A stretch of 64,000 bases of DNA, taken from assembly GCA_043228905.1 (NCBI GenBank), contig JBHGNT010000008.1, positions 3,534,001 through 3,598,000 on the forward strand. Reading direction: 5' to 3'. Of the stretch, positions 32,966 to 45,100 are shown piece after piece. Source of the stretch: Azolla caroliniana (Eukaryota > Plantae > Polypodiophyta). A program made the position numbers and the translations under genes. The notes beneath the pieces are model-generated. The model was not told the origin of the DNA. It worked only from the letters and a program-made list of their open reading frames with translations, and did no database searches. The number at the start of each line of letters is the position of its first letter. Positions within the stretch are counted from its first letter, which is position 1.

Positions 32966-35900
32966 TGTTACGGGCATGACCATATAATCTCCCGTGGTGA
33001 GAATTTACCGTAGTATTCTATACACGTGGATAAGTGTGATGAGTAAACGAGAGTGTAAAGAAGGGGAGGATTACTTTTAATCCTCGGGATTGAGACAACC
33101 CATTAGACCAAGTGTGAACTTGCCTGGGGGCCTTGGGTATCGCTATAAATAAGAGGCCTAGCTACCCTCATTTCATCATCTTTTGATTATGTCGAGACTC
33201 TGTTCTTGTGGTGGGTCAACTCTTGTAGTGAGCGCGCCAGCACCAGGTACGACTCGACGCCACGACGGTGGTATGGGACGCCGATCCAGGCTCGAGTCCA
33301 TCTCGATCCCTTCGCTTGGGGGTGGTCGGGTGGATTGACACCCTTCTTTCTCTTTCTCCTTTCTATCTATCTATCTTTTATCCTTATCCTTTGCTTACAT
33401 TAGTTCATATCTCTAATAGTTGGTTTCAAAATTCATGTTCTAATGTTTCTTTTGTTGGTTTTGTCTTCTTGATGGATGACGATTGATCAATGTGCGGTCG
33501 ACCTTGTTCCAAACAGTAATCAACAAAGGAACTTCGGCAATCTTTCTTGTTTTTTTCTATTCTTTCTTCTCCCAATTTAATCATGTGTATGGTTAATATA
33601 TAGATTCAATGATGTTGTGGTAATTAATTGGTTATATAAAATTTTTACATATGTACATGAGGTCAATACCTCATTTGACATATAAATAATATGTGATTAG
33701 TGTCGTATGCATACGCGGTTAATAGCTCAATTGCGTATTACGTTCACATACATATGTTACGTATGCGTATGAGGTCAATACCTTGATTTCATTGTAAATG
33801 ATATGCATTTGGTCTCGTATGCGTAAGAGGTCAGTATCTCAATTGCGTATCACGATAAACCGTTATTTTTGGATGTTTCATGTGCGTAGAGGGCATATGC
33901 CTCGATTATGTATCTCGATTACATCATTTTTTGGCTATTTGATGTAACGATTTGTTTAGTATATGCATATGTGGTCACATGTATACGTATTGGATCATAT
34001 ATATGTGATAATACACATATGTGTATATAAGTTATTACGTGATTTTAATATCGAATGTTTTCCTTTTCGGGGAAAGGATCTTGGTGGCCGTCCTCACATT
34101 TTTGTGAGAATGGCGTTGTCACCATCCCTTTTTTCAATGTTGACATTCCCGTTGGTGACTTCGATTTTATTACGTAAAGAAATGCCTATAGCTACAATGA
34201 TGTTGAGAACGTAAGGCTTGACCCACTTCATGTGAGGTCGCTCCTATGACACACATATCCAACATCCCTCCCTCGTTACATGGATACGATGCCACCATGA
34301 GATCATTCTTATGAAATGCATTCGTAATGACGTAACCATGTGATGGGCCACGTGGGCCTACTACGAAAAGAGGGCTCATTTGGCTTGACCATTAGGTTGC
34401 ACTTTGGCATATGCCATCGTAATTATGAGACTTGAGGTTAGGTAACGTACCAACAAAGTTTGTGGTAAACGAGGGGGAAATAAGGACTCTTGACATATGT
34501 GTTTTCTTTAGAAAAACATATATGGGCAAATGTCTTGCATATCTCTTATACGCATGAAACATTAAACATTTAAGAAGAGCAACCTACTTGGTTGACTCAA
34601 GTGTTTAATGCATTTGTTCTCGAGGTCTCGAGTTCAAATATGACCAAGATCATACAACATCGTTGATACACATACATATGACTATAACACATGTTTAGAC
34701 TTGAGGTCTAAGTGCACTTTGAGGTTCTCATAATAGGACTTAAAGAGCCGAAACCACATATGTGGGCACCGAAACATAGTTTGTTGTTAACATTTTTTTC
34801 GTGTATAAACTATTCATGACGTGAACATACATGGTTGAACCTCAGGGAGCCGCCATGAAAAAAATCGATATAGAGATCAAGGAAAGACATTTATTTGTCA
34901 CCACCATGGTTTTTAAAACACCTTTGTGTTACCATAGTAACCTGATGTTGAACCTCATCTCATACGTCTAGAGGGGTATTGACGTGAGATCATGATATCG
35001 ATTAATGTTTGCCCATGATATGTTTACATCATGACATAATGTTATGACTATTTGTTTGACCTTATCCTATTTCTTTACCAGAAATAATCATTCAATGGCT
35101 CAAAATAACGACCCGATGTCATCCGCTCAAGCGGAAGGAACTCAAGGAAATCCTCATGGACAAATGTCCATTGAGATGTATTTTTCACAAATAACCCAAT
35201 ACCTTAGTTTCACTTCTCAACAGATGACCGAACTTCGCCAATCTCAAAGTGCTCTCGAGGCATGTGTCATTAGTTTACAACGTGAGACTAATAGACCTAA
35301 TGAGCGACAGGGTGAACCATTGTTTGTCGTTAAGCCATTTAGGGGAGAAAAAAAGGAGAGAATCGAAGAAGCAATCTACACATGGATGGGCCAATGGGAG
35401 TCTCATTTTGAGCTCTATCCCACGCCATATAGTACGAAGATTGCATATGTCGGCTGAGAACTAGGGGCTAAGGCTGCCGCCTAGTGGCGTGGGCTCTGAA
35501 CTTTGGGGAAATTGCCCGATACTTGGACAGATTTTGTCACAGTTTTTAAGGGCCAATTTCTACAACCTCCCTTTTGAACCGAGGCAACTCAAGGTTTAAT
35601 GAACCTCTCTAGCAAGAAGTTTTCCTTGCTAGAAAACTATGTCCACCATGCTAGAACCCAAATCCAAAAATCGGGTCTAGAAGGGGACAATTGGTTAATA
35701 GCTTGTTTTGTCAATGGCATCCCCAATTGGGACTATCACTGGATAGTGCATGATAAGGATCCAAAATCCTTCGAAGAGGCCGTTGAAATAGTTCTTCGCT
35801 ATCAACGCACTTCGAAGAAGGACCAGAACCACTCGGGACTAAGTAGTCACAATTCGCTAGGAAACGCAAGACACACAACGAATTCATGGATCGTGATTGT

Positions 35901-37467
35901 AAGCGACAACATCCTTTTTGCGTATTCTGCAAAAAAAAGGGTCATACAAAAGAGCAATGTCGAAAGCTCCAACAGAAAGAGCACGACAACAAAGCTAAAG
36001 CTACAGACCATAAAGGTCAGATTCCTAATGTCCTTCAGGTCTATACACATCATTTAAGTAATTATCAATGTTCTTTCCCTCACTATGTATTGGGTCCCAA
36101 TGATTTACTATGTGCAAAAGGGTATATCAATGAATCTCTCGTACAATTCTTATTTGATTCAGGAAGCTCACACAACTTTGTGAATGATCGTTTGGTTCAA
36201 ATATGGGGAATCCAACCCACCGTAAGTGATCACACCTATACAATGCACTTGGCTGATGGAAGAGTATAATACATCAACGGGGCGATTCATTCATTAGGAA
36301 TTTCTATTGATACTTATATAGAGGAAGTAGAATTCTATGTAATGAATCTTTGTACCACTGATGTAATACTGGGTTATCCCTGGTTTTATAATAAAAACTC
36401 TTCTTTATCTATTGATTGGGTTCATCATTCAATTACATTTGTATTGAACGACTGTACTCATTTTATTCAATGTGTAAAAAAACAATCCCTCTCGATTGTT
36501 TCTTCTCCATCAATATCTGAGTTGTCTTGTTCTACTCTATTTTATTGTGTATTGGATCTGGACATTCATGTTTACAATATCGATAATGTCTCGGTTCAAA
36601 TAACATATTTTGAACAACAACTTGATGAAATCTTAAATGATTTTCATGATGTTTTTCTGAGTGAACTACCAAATGGGTTACCTCCTAAATGTAATATAGA
36701 CCATTGTATAGATAATGTACCTGGCGTTGCACCAATAAGTATACCTTCTTATCGCTTAAGTCGATCCAAAGAGGTCATTATGAGTTTTTGGTTATGCCTT
36801 TTGGTTTGACCAATGCTTCGGCTACATTTCAAAAAGAAATGAATGACATTTTCTGAGAACAAGTTGGAAAATTTGTCGTTATTTTCTTGGATGATATTTT
36901 AGTTTATAGCTATACATTACAAGAACATGCTAAACATGTCCGCTTTATTTTACAAACATTGCGTGACAAACAGTTTTATACGAAGATCTCAAAATGTGAG
37001 TTCTTCAAGAAATCAATTACTTATCTTGGACATCTCATAACTGAACGAGGAGTTGAAATTGATCCTTCTCGCATCGAGAAAATCAAGCTTTGGCCCACTC
37101 TTTGGAATATTCGAGAAGTTCGATCATTCCTTGGTTTTGTCGAGTTTTTGCGAAAATCCCTTCGTAATTACTCCCAATTGAGGACGCCGTTTATTGATTC
37201 TAAAAGGTCAAATGCGTAAGTCTACAAAACCTATTGTGTGGAATGCTACACTAGACCTTGCCTTTAAGGAACTCTAGGACCTAGTATGCAAGGCTCCTTC
37301 ACTTCTTTTACCCGATCCTTCAAAACCTTTTGAGGTTGAAACCGATGGAAGCGATTATGTTATAGGTGTTGTCTTATATCAAGATGGTAAACCAATATCA
37401 TTCGAGAGTAAGAAACTTGATTCTGATGAATGTCGGTATACTGTTCAAGAAAAGGAGTTATTTGTAG
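32966..37467 (+). mobile_element. Decayed chromovirus-like Ty3/Gypsy (probable 5' LTR to ~33418, long leader, gag, PR, RT, RH; truncated before INT)
   Basis: CVFCKKKGHTKEQC, FLFDSGSSHNFV, DVILGYPW, FLDDILVYS, SKCEF, ETDGSDY..EKELF. LTR limits and PBS (TGGTTTCA at 33421) are uncertain. Confidence 0.75.
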
Positions 37468-39126
37468 TTAGGGTTTAGGGTTTAGGGTTTTACGTAGGGT
37501 TTCTTCTTCATCATCATCTTTACTTTACTTAACCGGTTAGGGTTCCATATAGTGTTTTGTTCGGCCTATGCGGCCATGGTTGTAAAGCGTTTGGTGTTTC
37601 TTAATGTAACTCGTTTGTGTATCTTGCCTCCATCCATCTTATGTTTATGTCCTATTCTTTCTCCTCTCCTCTCGAGCTAAGCTTCCATTCCCCCTCTACT
37701 CCCTAGTCCAAGACCCCCATTGTCCCGCCTAAGATCTTACACGTACTCGCGGAATACTGCGACATCTTTGGTGAACCCGACGTGAATAGGCAGCAAGGGA
37801 GGATGGATATGGAAGACGATGGCTTCGATTTTGTGGAGATGATGGCAAAGATTGTGATGGATGGATGCCAGAGGGAAGAAGGCGAGGCGAGATGCGGCAT
37901 GTGATGGATCGAAGGAGTACAATCTAGAGGCGTTTGTATGGGAGGCGTACAATAGCGTGAAGGCGAAGTTCGAAGCTGAAGGAGGGTCTATTGCGGAGTT
38001 GAGCCCGAGAGGATCAGAGGATGCGGAAGAAGAAACCTCCCTACATGAGGAGGACGGGGCCTATGCAGAGGCCGAAAGCGCATACGATGGTGACGAGGGA
38101 GAGGGTGCGAAGCAAGCGATCCTCTCGTCTTACGGTGAAAGTGGCCGGTGACTACGGAGTGGGGAGCGTCACTTTGAGAGTGGGCGGAGGATTTGGGACA
38201 TGGTGGCCTGAAACATCAAGCGAGGAGGAGACTAGCGGCAGTGCCGGGATCTTACCCACACCGGTTCTAGAGACTCCGGCGGCCGGCCCGAGTGCCGGCG
38301 TGAGACCTAGAGTGACAAACGGTGGCGGTGGCAAAGTGGGCAACCAAGATGACGACAAGGAGAACGACGAAGAGGAGGAGGCAAGCGTAATCGAGGCTTG
38401 CGTAATCGGGGATGGGGTAGCCACAAACAATGACGTCCGGGCGGAGGTGGCTGCAGACACGACGAGCGGTGGTGCTGCGACCTTATCGACACCGCTTCTA
38501 GAGATTTCGACGGCCGGCCTGAGTGCTGGCGTGAGATCTAGAGTGACGGACGGTGGCGGCGGCAAGGCGGGTGACCAAGATGACGACAAGGGGAAGGAGG
38601 TGGCTACGGACATGACGAACGACGGTGCCAGGACCTTACCCACACCGGTTCTAGAGACTCCGGCGGCCGGCCCGAGAGTTGGTGTGAGACCTAGAGTGAC
38701 GGACAGTGGTGGTGGGTGATTGAAACGACAACAAGGAAGATTGTAGTAGACGAAGGAGAGATCCCTCGACACCGGGGTTGGAGTCTTCGACGGTTGCGTA
38801 CCAACATAAGACCGGAGAGATGGGCGGTGGCCGTGAGGATGCGAGGCCCGGAGCGGGAACGTGCGGAAGGACCAAAAGGGAGGCTGGGATCGGCAAAGGG
38901 GAGAGAGTCAGGAACCGACCTGACCAGAAGAGGACGCGGAAGAAGATTAGAGTTAGGGCCGGTCAATCGGGCCCGAACTGAAGAAGAGCCGGCAAGGCCG
39001 GGATTGTTCGGTCGAACCCGTACCGGCCGGTTATGATCATGGAAGAGAGCTGACCTAACCGGAACCCGATCGGCCGAGACCGATCCGGGCAAGCGCTATG
39101 CAGGCATGATTGGAGGTCGAGGTACA
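37468..39126 (+). mobile_element. LTR 3' half (to 37764), tRNA-Trp PBS and 5' internal region of a tRNA-Trp Gypsy
   Basis: LTR end CACGTACTCGCGGAATACTGCGACA resembles the solo-LTR end CACGCACGCGCGTAAATAACGCGACA; PBS follows; GC-rich acidic ORF remnants with three internal repeats. Confidence 0.72.
37769..37787 (+). other. Primer binding site, tRNA-Trp(CCA)
   Basis: TGGTGAACCCGACGTGAAT, complementary to the 3' 19 nt of plant cytosolic tRNA-Trp as recalled; 4 nt after the LTR end. Confidence 0.8.
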
Positions 39127-41711
39127 TGTTGGCTGGCAAAGATTCAAAAACCGGATTAAGTCTACAATGGGAAAGGGATCATTTATCTATGATTATTATT
39201 ATTTTGAGAAGCGAACGGACAGACCTGGAATCGGTATGCCGATCCGGATCTGGACCGGTTCGTAGTCGGTTGCCAGTTGGCACCGGTTGGCACCCAGAGC
39301 TGGTGACCTATAAAAGGATCCGGTTAGATTGTAATCAATTAGCGGTTAATTAATGAAAGTGTTGTTCTGCTACATATTGTTAATCTTTGAAGCTTTTAGT
39401 TAATTATCGTTTTGTGCTTAATATAATCCATCTTACGCGTGTATTAGGATCATTAACCACACCGGTTAATAGCCAGTTAGGAATACGTTTACATTATGAT
39501 CTGCGTTTACCCCACTTGGACCAACCTTTGGTGAAGTGTCTTAGTGGGACACCCTGTGTTAGGGCTAGTCCGGCCCCAAGGAGTAACACAATTTTTGGCG
39601 ACCACGATTCCTGCTCAAGCGCAGTGAACAACAAGGGGCATGGATGACTAGACCAACAAACGACCCAACAATGGAGCGAGTGAGATGACTCGCCGAAAGA
39701 TTGCGGAAGCATGAAGCGTACCACCAGGCAACGGAAGAAATCCACGCGGATCGATCCTTTTCAATGGTGATCCGGCAAGTGGCCGCGTAGTCACTCCGTT
39801 TGCAACAAAATTCCCATCCAAACGAAGGAAGCTGTTTAAGAGTATGAAGGAAGCGGAATCCATCCTGCAGGCATTAGCAGCGGGAGAAGGCGATTCGGAA
39901 CCATTTTCGGCGTTCGAATCGGATTCAGATGGTGAGTACAACACATTCGAATTACCGCAGCAATCACGACACCTCAGACGGATTGGAGGATGAGGAATCA
40001 GATAATATACCGACACCGGAACCGGCGATAACAAAACTGGAAGCTTCAGGAAGGCACGAGGTGGATCAACCTCCTACACTGTCACGCGAGCCTCCGACGG
40101 AGGACGAGGGAAGACCTTCAACACTGAAAAAAGGGGAGGAAAGACCTCCAACACCGCCTCCAATAGAAGAGGAGGAGAAACCTCTGTCACCACTAGCTCG
40201 AGTTCTGACACCGGACGACGATATGTCGTTCCAATATCCTAAGTACCGGGATGATCTAGACGCGGAAGCTCATCTATATGCATTTCTACAAACATGGGAA
40301 GCAAACCATGTGTCACAACGCTTTACTACCGTTGAGGCAAAACGCTTGAAGATTGCAGAGTTTGGCATGACCTTGGAAGGACCGGCCGCGCGATGGCCCT
40401 TGACGCACGTTCTCGACACCATCACTACGTTTGAGGACTTGAAAACCAGATTTTTACAATTCTTCAACAAGGAGGTGGACCAACAGGAGATGGTCGGCCT
40501 ATTCTACACCATATGGTAGGAACCTACAGAAACCATTCAACAATTTGTAATCCCGTTCCAGCGAATGCACAGGCAGCTAAGTCGGGCACCACCAGAAGCA
40601 GAGGCTAAAGCAATATTCCTAGCAGCAGTCTGGGAACTCCTACGTACGGTGTGCGCAGTCATTGATTTCCGCACCAGCACTATTGACCAGGTCATCGACC
40701 GGAGAAAACAAGCTCATGGCTAAAAATGGGGGCACTCCAACATGCCTTACCGACAGACGAAGACCTACATTTTCGGCAAGCTATACAATGTACGACTTGT
40801 CTCAATGCCGAGCACTCTGCAAAAGAATGTACCATGCGGTCACAGTGCATGTTATGCCACTCCAGGTCGCACACAATGGACCGACGTGAATATAATTTAC
40901 TGAACCGGCAAGTGGCACCGGTAAGACAAATCGATACCCGCAACGACCAGGAAGAGGAAGAAGAACATTGGCATCGGGACGAGCGTTCCCGGCCGGTATA
41001 GGATGTCCAGTACATCGACAAAAGGGACACTTATGACCGGGACTGGTACGACAAGTACCGGGATTATAATGGTGACCGTTCCGATCGTGATCACTCTCCA
41101 AGTTACAACTAGAGGAGAGAGGATCAACGGGGAGATTACGAAGATCGCCGCTGACAGGGATACAAGAACCACCGACAGGGATACAAGAACCACCGACGTT
41201 TCAATAAGAAACGAAACAATCAAAAGGAGGAGCGTCGGGAATCGGCAAAGGAATACCCACAAGAGTAGGAGAGAGGCTTGAGTGGCACCCAACTAGAACA
41301 AAGAAACAAGGAAGAGTGTAATAGACCGGCAACATGATTTCAACCAGTACCAGGCCAAAGGTAGAATCTAGCAATACCCGGAAAGCGTATTGTTATTATC
41401 GCCGGCCGGAAGGCCATTACAACAACCAATGCCCGGTGAAAAGTAATGAAAAACAACCGGCAGCCAATATGGTGGTAGCAGAGATCGTGGATATACAGTA
41501 AGTGACCACTAGGTCAAAAGGAAAGACGACGGAGTGGGAAGCACAAGAGGCTATCTAGAAACAGGCCACCGAATGGGTAGAGAAGGCGAATGAGCGAAAT
41601 GTGGCCGAAGTTAAACAAAAAAAGGCGGCACCGACGGAGCTCACCGACACAATCCAGGCAAAAAACCCAACATGGCAGGCATTATAGGAATGTCAAATTA
41701 CAATTAGTACC
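39127..41711 (+). mobile_element. Second, degenerate Athila-like copy (5' LTR 39127-39588, PBS 39596-39605, gag pseudogene), truncated by a Copia
   Basis: Same TGGCGACCACGATTCCTGC leader; YPKYRDD..AFLQTWEANHVSQR and CTTCLNAEH homologous to the 2268-7943 gag. Confidence 0.9.
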
Positions 41712-42197
41712 CGTAAAACATTATGTGTGGAAGCAATAGAAAACCAAACACACAGAAAACACGCAGGTTTAATGGAGAGCTTGAGTATACACTGTACGCG
41801 GGAGAGATAGAGAGAGAACACAGAAAACTCAATTAAAAAATACTAACTCTGTACATACACTGTGCTTAGTGAGCACCTTTTATACAAGCCCTTACAATAC
41901 TTGACTGCTCATAAATGAGCCTCGTCACTCACTCCCAAAATTATTCCTTATGAGGAATATCTCTCTAACGGCCTTTTGGTTTACGCACCGATGCGGCCTT
42001 TCATTACGCACCGGTTTGCGTACCCGTTTACGCATCTGTTTTACGCACCGGTCCGGCCTAACCGATTGGTCTCAACTGATCCGGTTCTCGGCTTGCACAA
42101 CCGATCCGGCCAATGTTGAGCTTGTATCTCAACATTCCCCCTCAAGCTCAACTTGAGGTTCCATCTGCTCTTCCGGATCTGTGCTCCGGTTCCTTCT

Positions 42198-45100
42198 TGT
42201 GAAAGCTAATGTGCGAAAGCAGTAGAAAAACGAACACAGAGAAAATACACAGGTTTAATGGAGAGCTTGAGTATACACAGTACGCGGGAGAGACAGAGAG
42301 AGAACACACAGAAAAATCAATTCAAAATAATACTCAATTTGTAGATACATTGTGCTCAGTGAGCACCTTTTATACAAGCCCTTACAATGGGTTGACACAA
42401 GTGGTGACGGTACTTGACTGCTCATAAATGAACCTCCACTCTTACTCCCAAAACTATTCCTTACGAGGAATATCTCTCTAACGGCCTTTTGGTTTACACA
42501 CCGATACAACCTCTTGTTATGCACCGGTTTGCGTATCCGTTTTACGCACCATTCTGGCCTAACCGATCGGTCCCAACCGATCTGGTCCTTGGCTTGCTCA
42601 GCCGATCCGGCCAATGTTGAGTTTGTCTCTCAACACTACCCCACAAGTTCAACTTGAGGCTCTTCGGGATCTTCCGGATCACCGCTTCGGTTCCTCCTGG
42701 CTCCACGCCTCGCTCGCGCTCCTCAACCTGTTCAACTCCGCGCGCTTCGACCCTTCCGCTCAGCTTGTCTGCTCCCACGACCCTTCTCAGCTTCCTTGTT
42801 GTCGCGGTGTTGGCGCTTCTTCTGCTGCCTTCTATTCCACTTGGCCCTTAGTTGATTCAGCGTATCCAAATCAAACATCCGAACCGACTCGGCTACCTCT
42901 GATCGGTTTTCTCTCTCGTCCAAGTTGGCTGTCTCCAACTCGTCTTCAGTCTTCTTGCCCTTGACAACATCATCTCCCCCATGCTTGGTTGGCTTCGGCT
43001 CTTTCTTTCGCCTACTCCCCCTTATGTCCGCTTTCAGACTCTTCCGCGGATCCGCCCTCGGCTTCTTCAGCCGATCCTTGGTTGAAGTTGAATTCGTCAT
43101 CCGACTCGGTGTCACGGTACCGTAGTAGGCGTTGCGCACACTGAAGGAGCTCCTCGGTAGGTCGCGCCATAAATTGACTAATCACCCCGACCGGGTAGCT
43201 GAGATCCGGTCGAGTGATGGTCAAGTATATAAGGTTTCCGACTATCTATCCGAACCTCGTCGGGTCGCATACCTTTCCGAACTTGGGGCGAAGCTTGACG
43301 GTTCTATCAAAAGGAGTTGAGACGGACCTACAGTAGGCCATCCCGAATTTGAAGAGCATACTTAGCACGTAATGCCGTTGGCTGATTAGTATGCCTTCGG
43401 GGGTACGGATCACTTCAATCCCAAGGAAGTAATGAAGGTCCCCCAGATCCTTCATGTCGAATGATGCTGCGAGCGGGAGCTTCACGCGGTCTATCTCACC
43501 TAGGTCGGCGCCCGTGATGACCAAGTCATCAACATAGAGTAAAATACTAACCGGCCCGAGTCGACCTTTCCAGATGAACAGGGAAGAGTCTGATTTTGAC
43601 ATTGCAAAGCCCATCCGACGCAGTTGCTACGTGATCTTCGCGTTCCAGGCACGTGGGGCTTGTTTCAGTCCGTAAAGGGACTTCTTCAATCAGCACACCG
43701 CCGAAGTGTTCCTTCCGGAGTGAAATCCGGGGGGCTGTACCATGTACACCCGTTCCTCAAGCTCAGCTTGCAGGAATGCATTCTTTACATCCATCTGATG
43801 TAAATGCCACCCCTTTGTTGCAGCTACCGCGAGCAAAACACGGACGGTCGTCATCTTCGCGACCGACGCAAACGTCTCATAGTAGTCGATGCAATGTTTT
43901 TGCGCGTAGCCTTTCGCTACTAACCAGGCCTTGTATGGGTTGACTGAGCCGTCAATGTTGTACTTGACCTTGTACACCCACCTACATCCGATCGGCTTCA
44001 CACCTTTCGGTGCGCCAACCAGGTCCCAGGTTTCATTTTCCGCCAATGCGTGCATCTCTTCCTCCATCGCTGCGCACCAATTCGCGTCCTTAGTCGCTTC
44101 TGCGTAGCTCTCCGGCTCACGTACTTCCGCTACACGGGTCATGTACGCATAATGGTGCACCATGTACTCGTTGTATCCGAACCGCACAACTGGGTTCTTC
44201 TGGCGGGTAGATCGGCGTCAGCGGTCATTAGCCGATGTCGAGGTCTTCTCGGTCGACGCGGACTTTGCTCTTGAAGACCCATCACCGCTTCCCTCGGAGT
44301 TGGACTCGCGTCGGTCAGACTCGTTCCTATCCGTGCCGGAATCCGACACCTTCTTCTTCCCTTTCTCTTTAAGCGTAAGCCGTCTCCTCGGCTTCCTACG
44401 GGGGGAATGCACGATCGAGTCTCCACTACTCGCCGGCTCTTCATCGGACTGGTCGAACCGACTCAGTCGTCCATTTGGTCCGCTTAACCGAAACGAAATC
44501 AGACTCTCTTTGGGGGTCCCGATTTTAGGCTCATTCGGAGGCATCTCGGCCTCGCTGACTTCGCCGTCAAAACTCGGATTGGAGTTGAGATCCGGAGTCG
44601 TAGGCAAGTACCAGGACGCGGACTCATCAAACACAACGTCGCGGCTCACGCGTGCTTGTTTGGTGCGCGGGTTATAACACTTATAACCCTTCTGCTCGTT
44701 CGAGTAGCCGACCAAGATACACTTCTTGGCTTTCACGTCCAACTTCCTACTTTTGTCCTTCGGCACATGCACATACGCAATGCTACCGAAAACTCGTAAG
44801 TGTCGCAAATTCGGCCTCGTTCCGAAATATAGCTCATGCACCGACACTTTTTCTGCGATCCGATTCTGGATGTATACCGCTGTTCGTACCGCCTCGGCCA
44901 AGTAGAACTTGGGCAAGCTCTTCTCCTCCAGCATTGCTCGTGCCGCTTCCACAACCGACCGATTTTTCCTCTCGGCCACGCCGTTTTGCTCTGGCGTGTA
45001 TCTACAACTGAATTCGTGCCGAATTCCCATTTGTTGTAGATAACCGTTGAATTGACCGGAAAAGTATTCTTTTCCGCCATCCAACCGCAGGCACTTGATC

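Noticed and set aside
37468-37490. TTTAGGG x3 as telomerase healing of a break
   Set aside because: Similar telobox-like motifs occur inside the related solo LTR (25125-25245) and the tract runs into a family LTR end, so it is more simply LTR sequence; its position at the junction keeps this slightly open.
37769-37787. tRNA gene
   Set aside because: Only the complement of a tRNA 3' end next to an LTR, i.e. a PBS; no cloverleaf.
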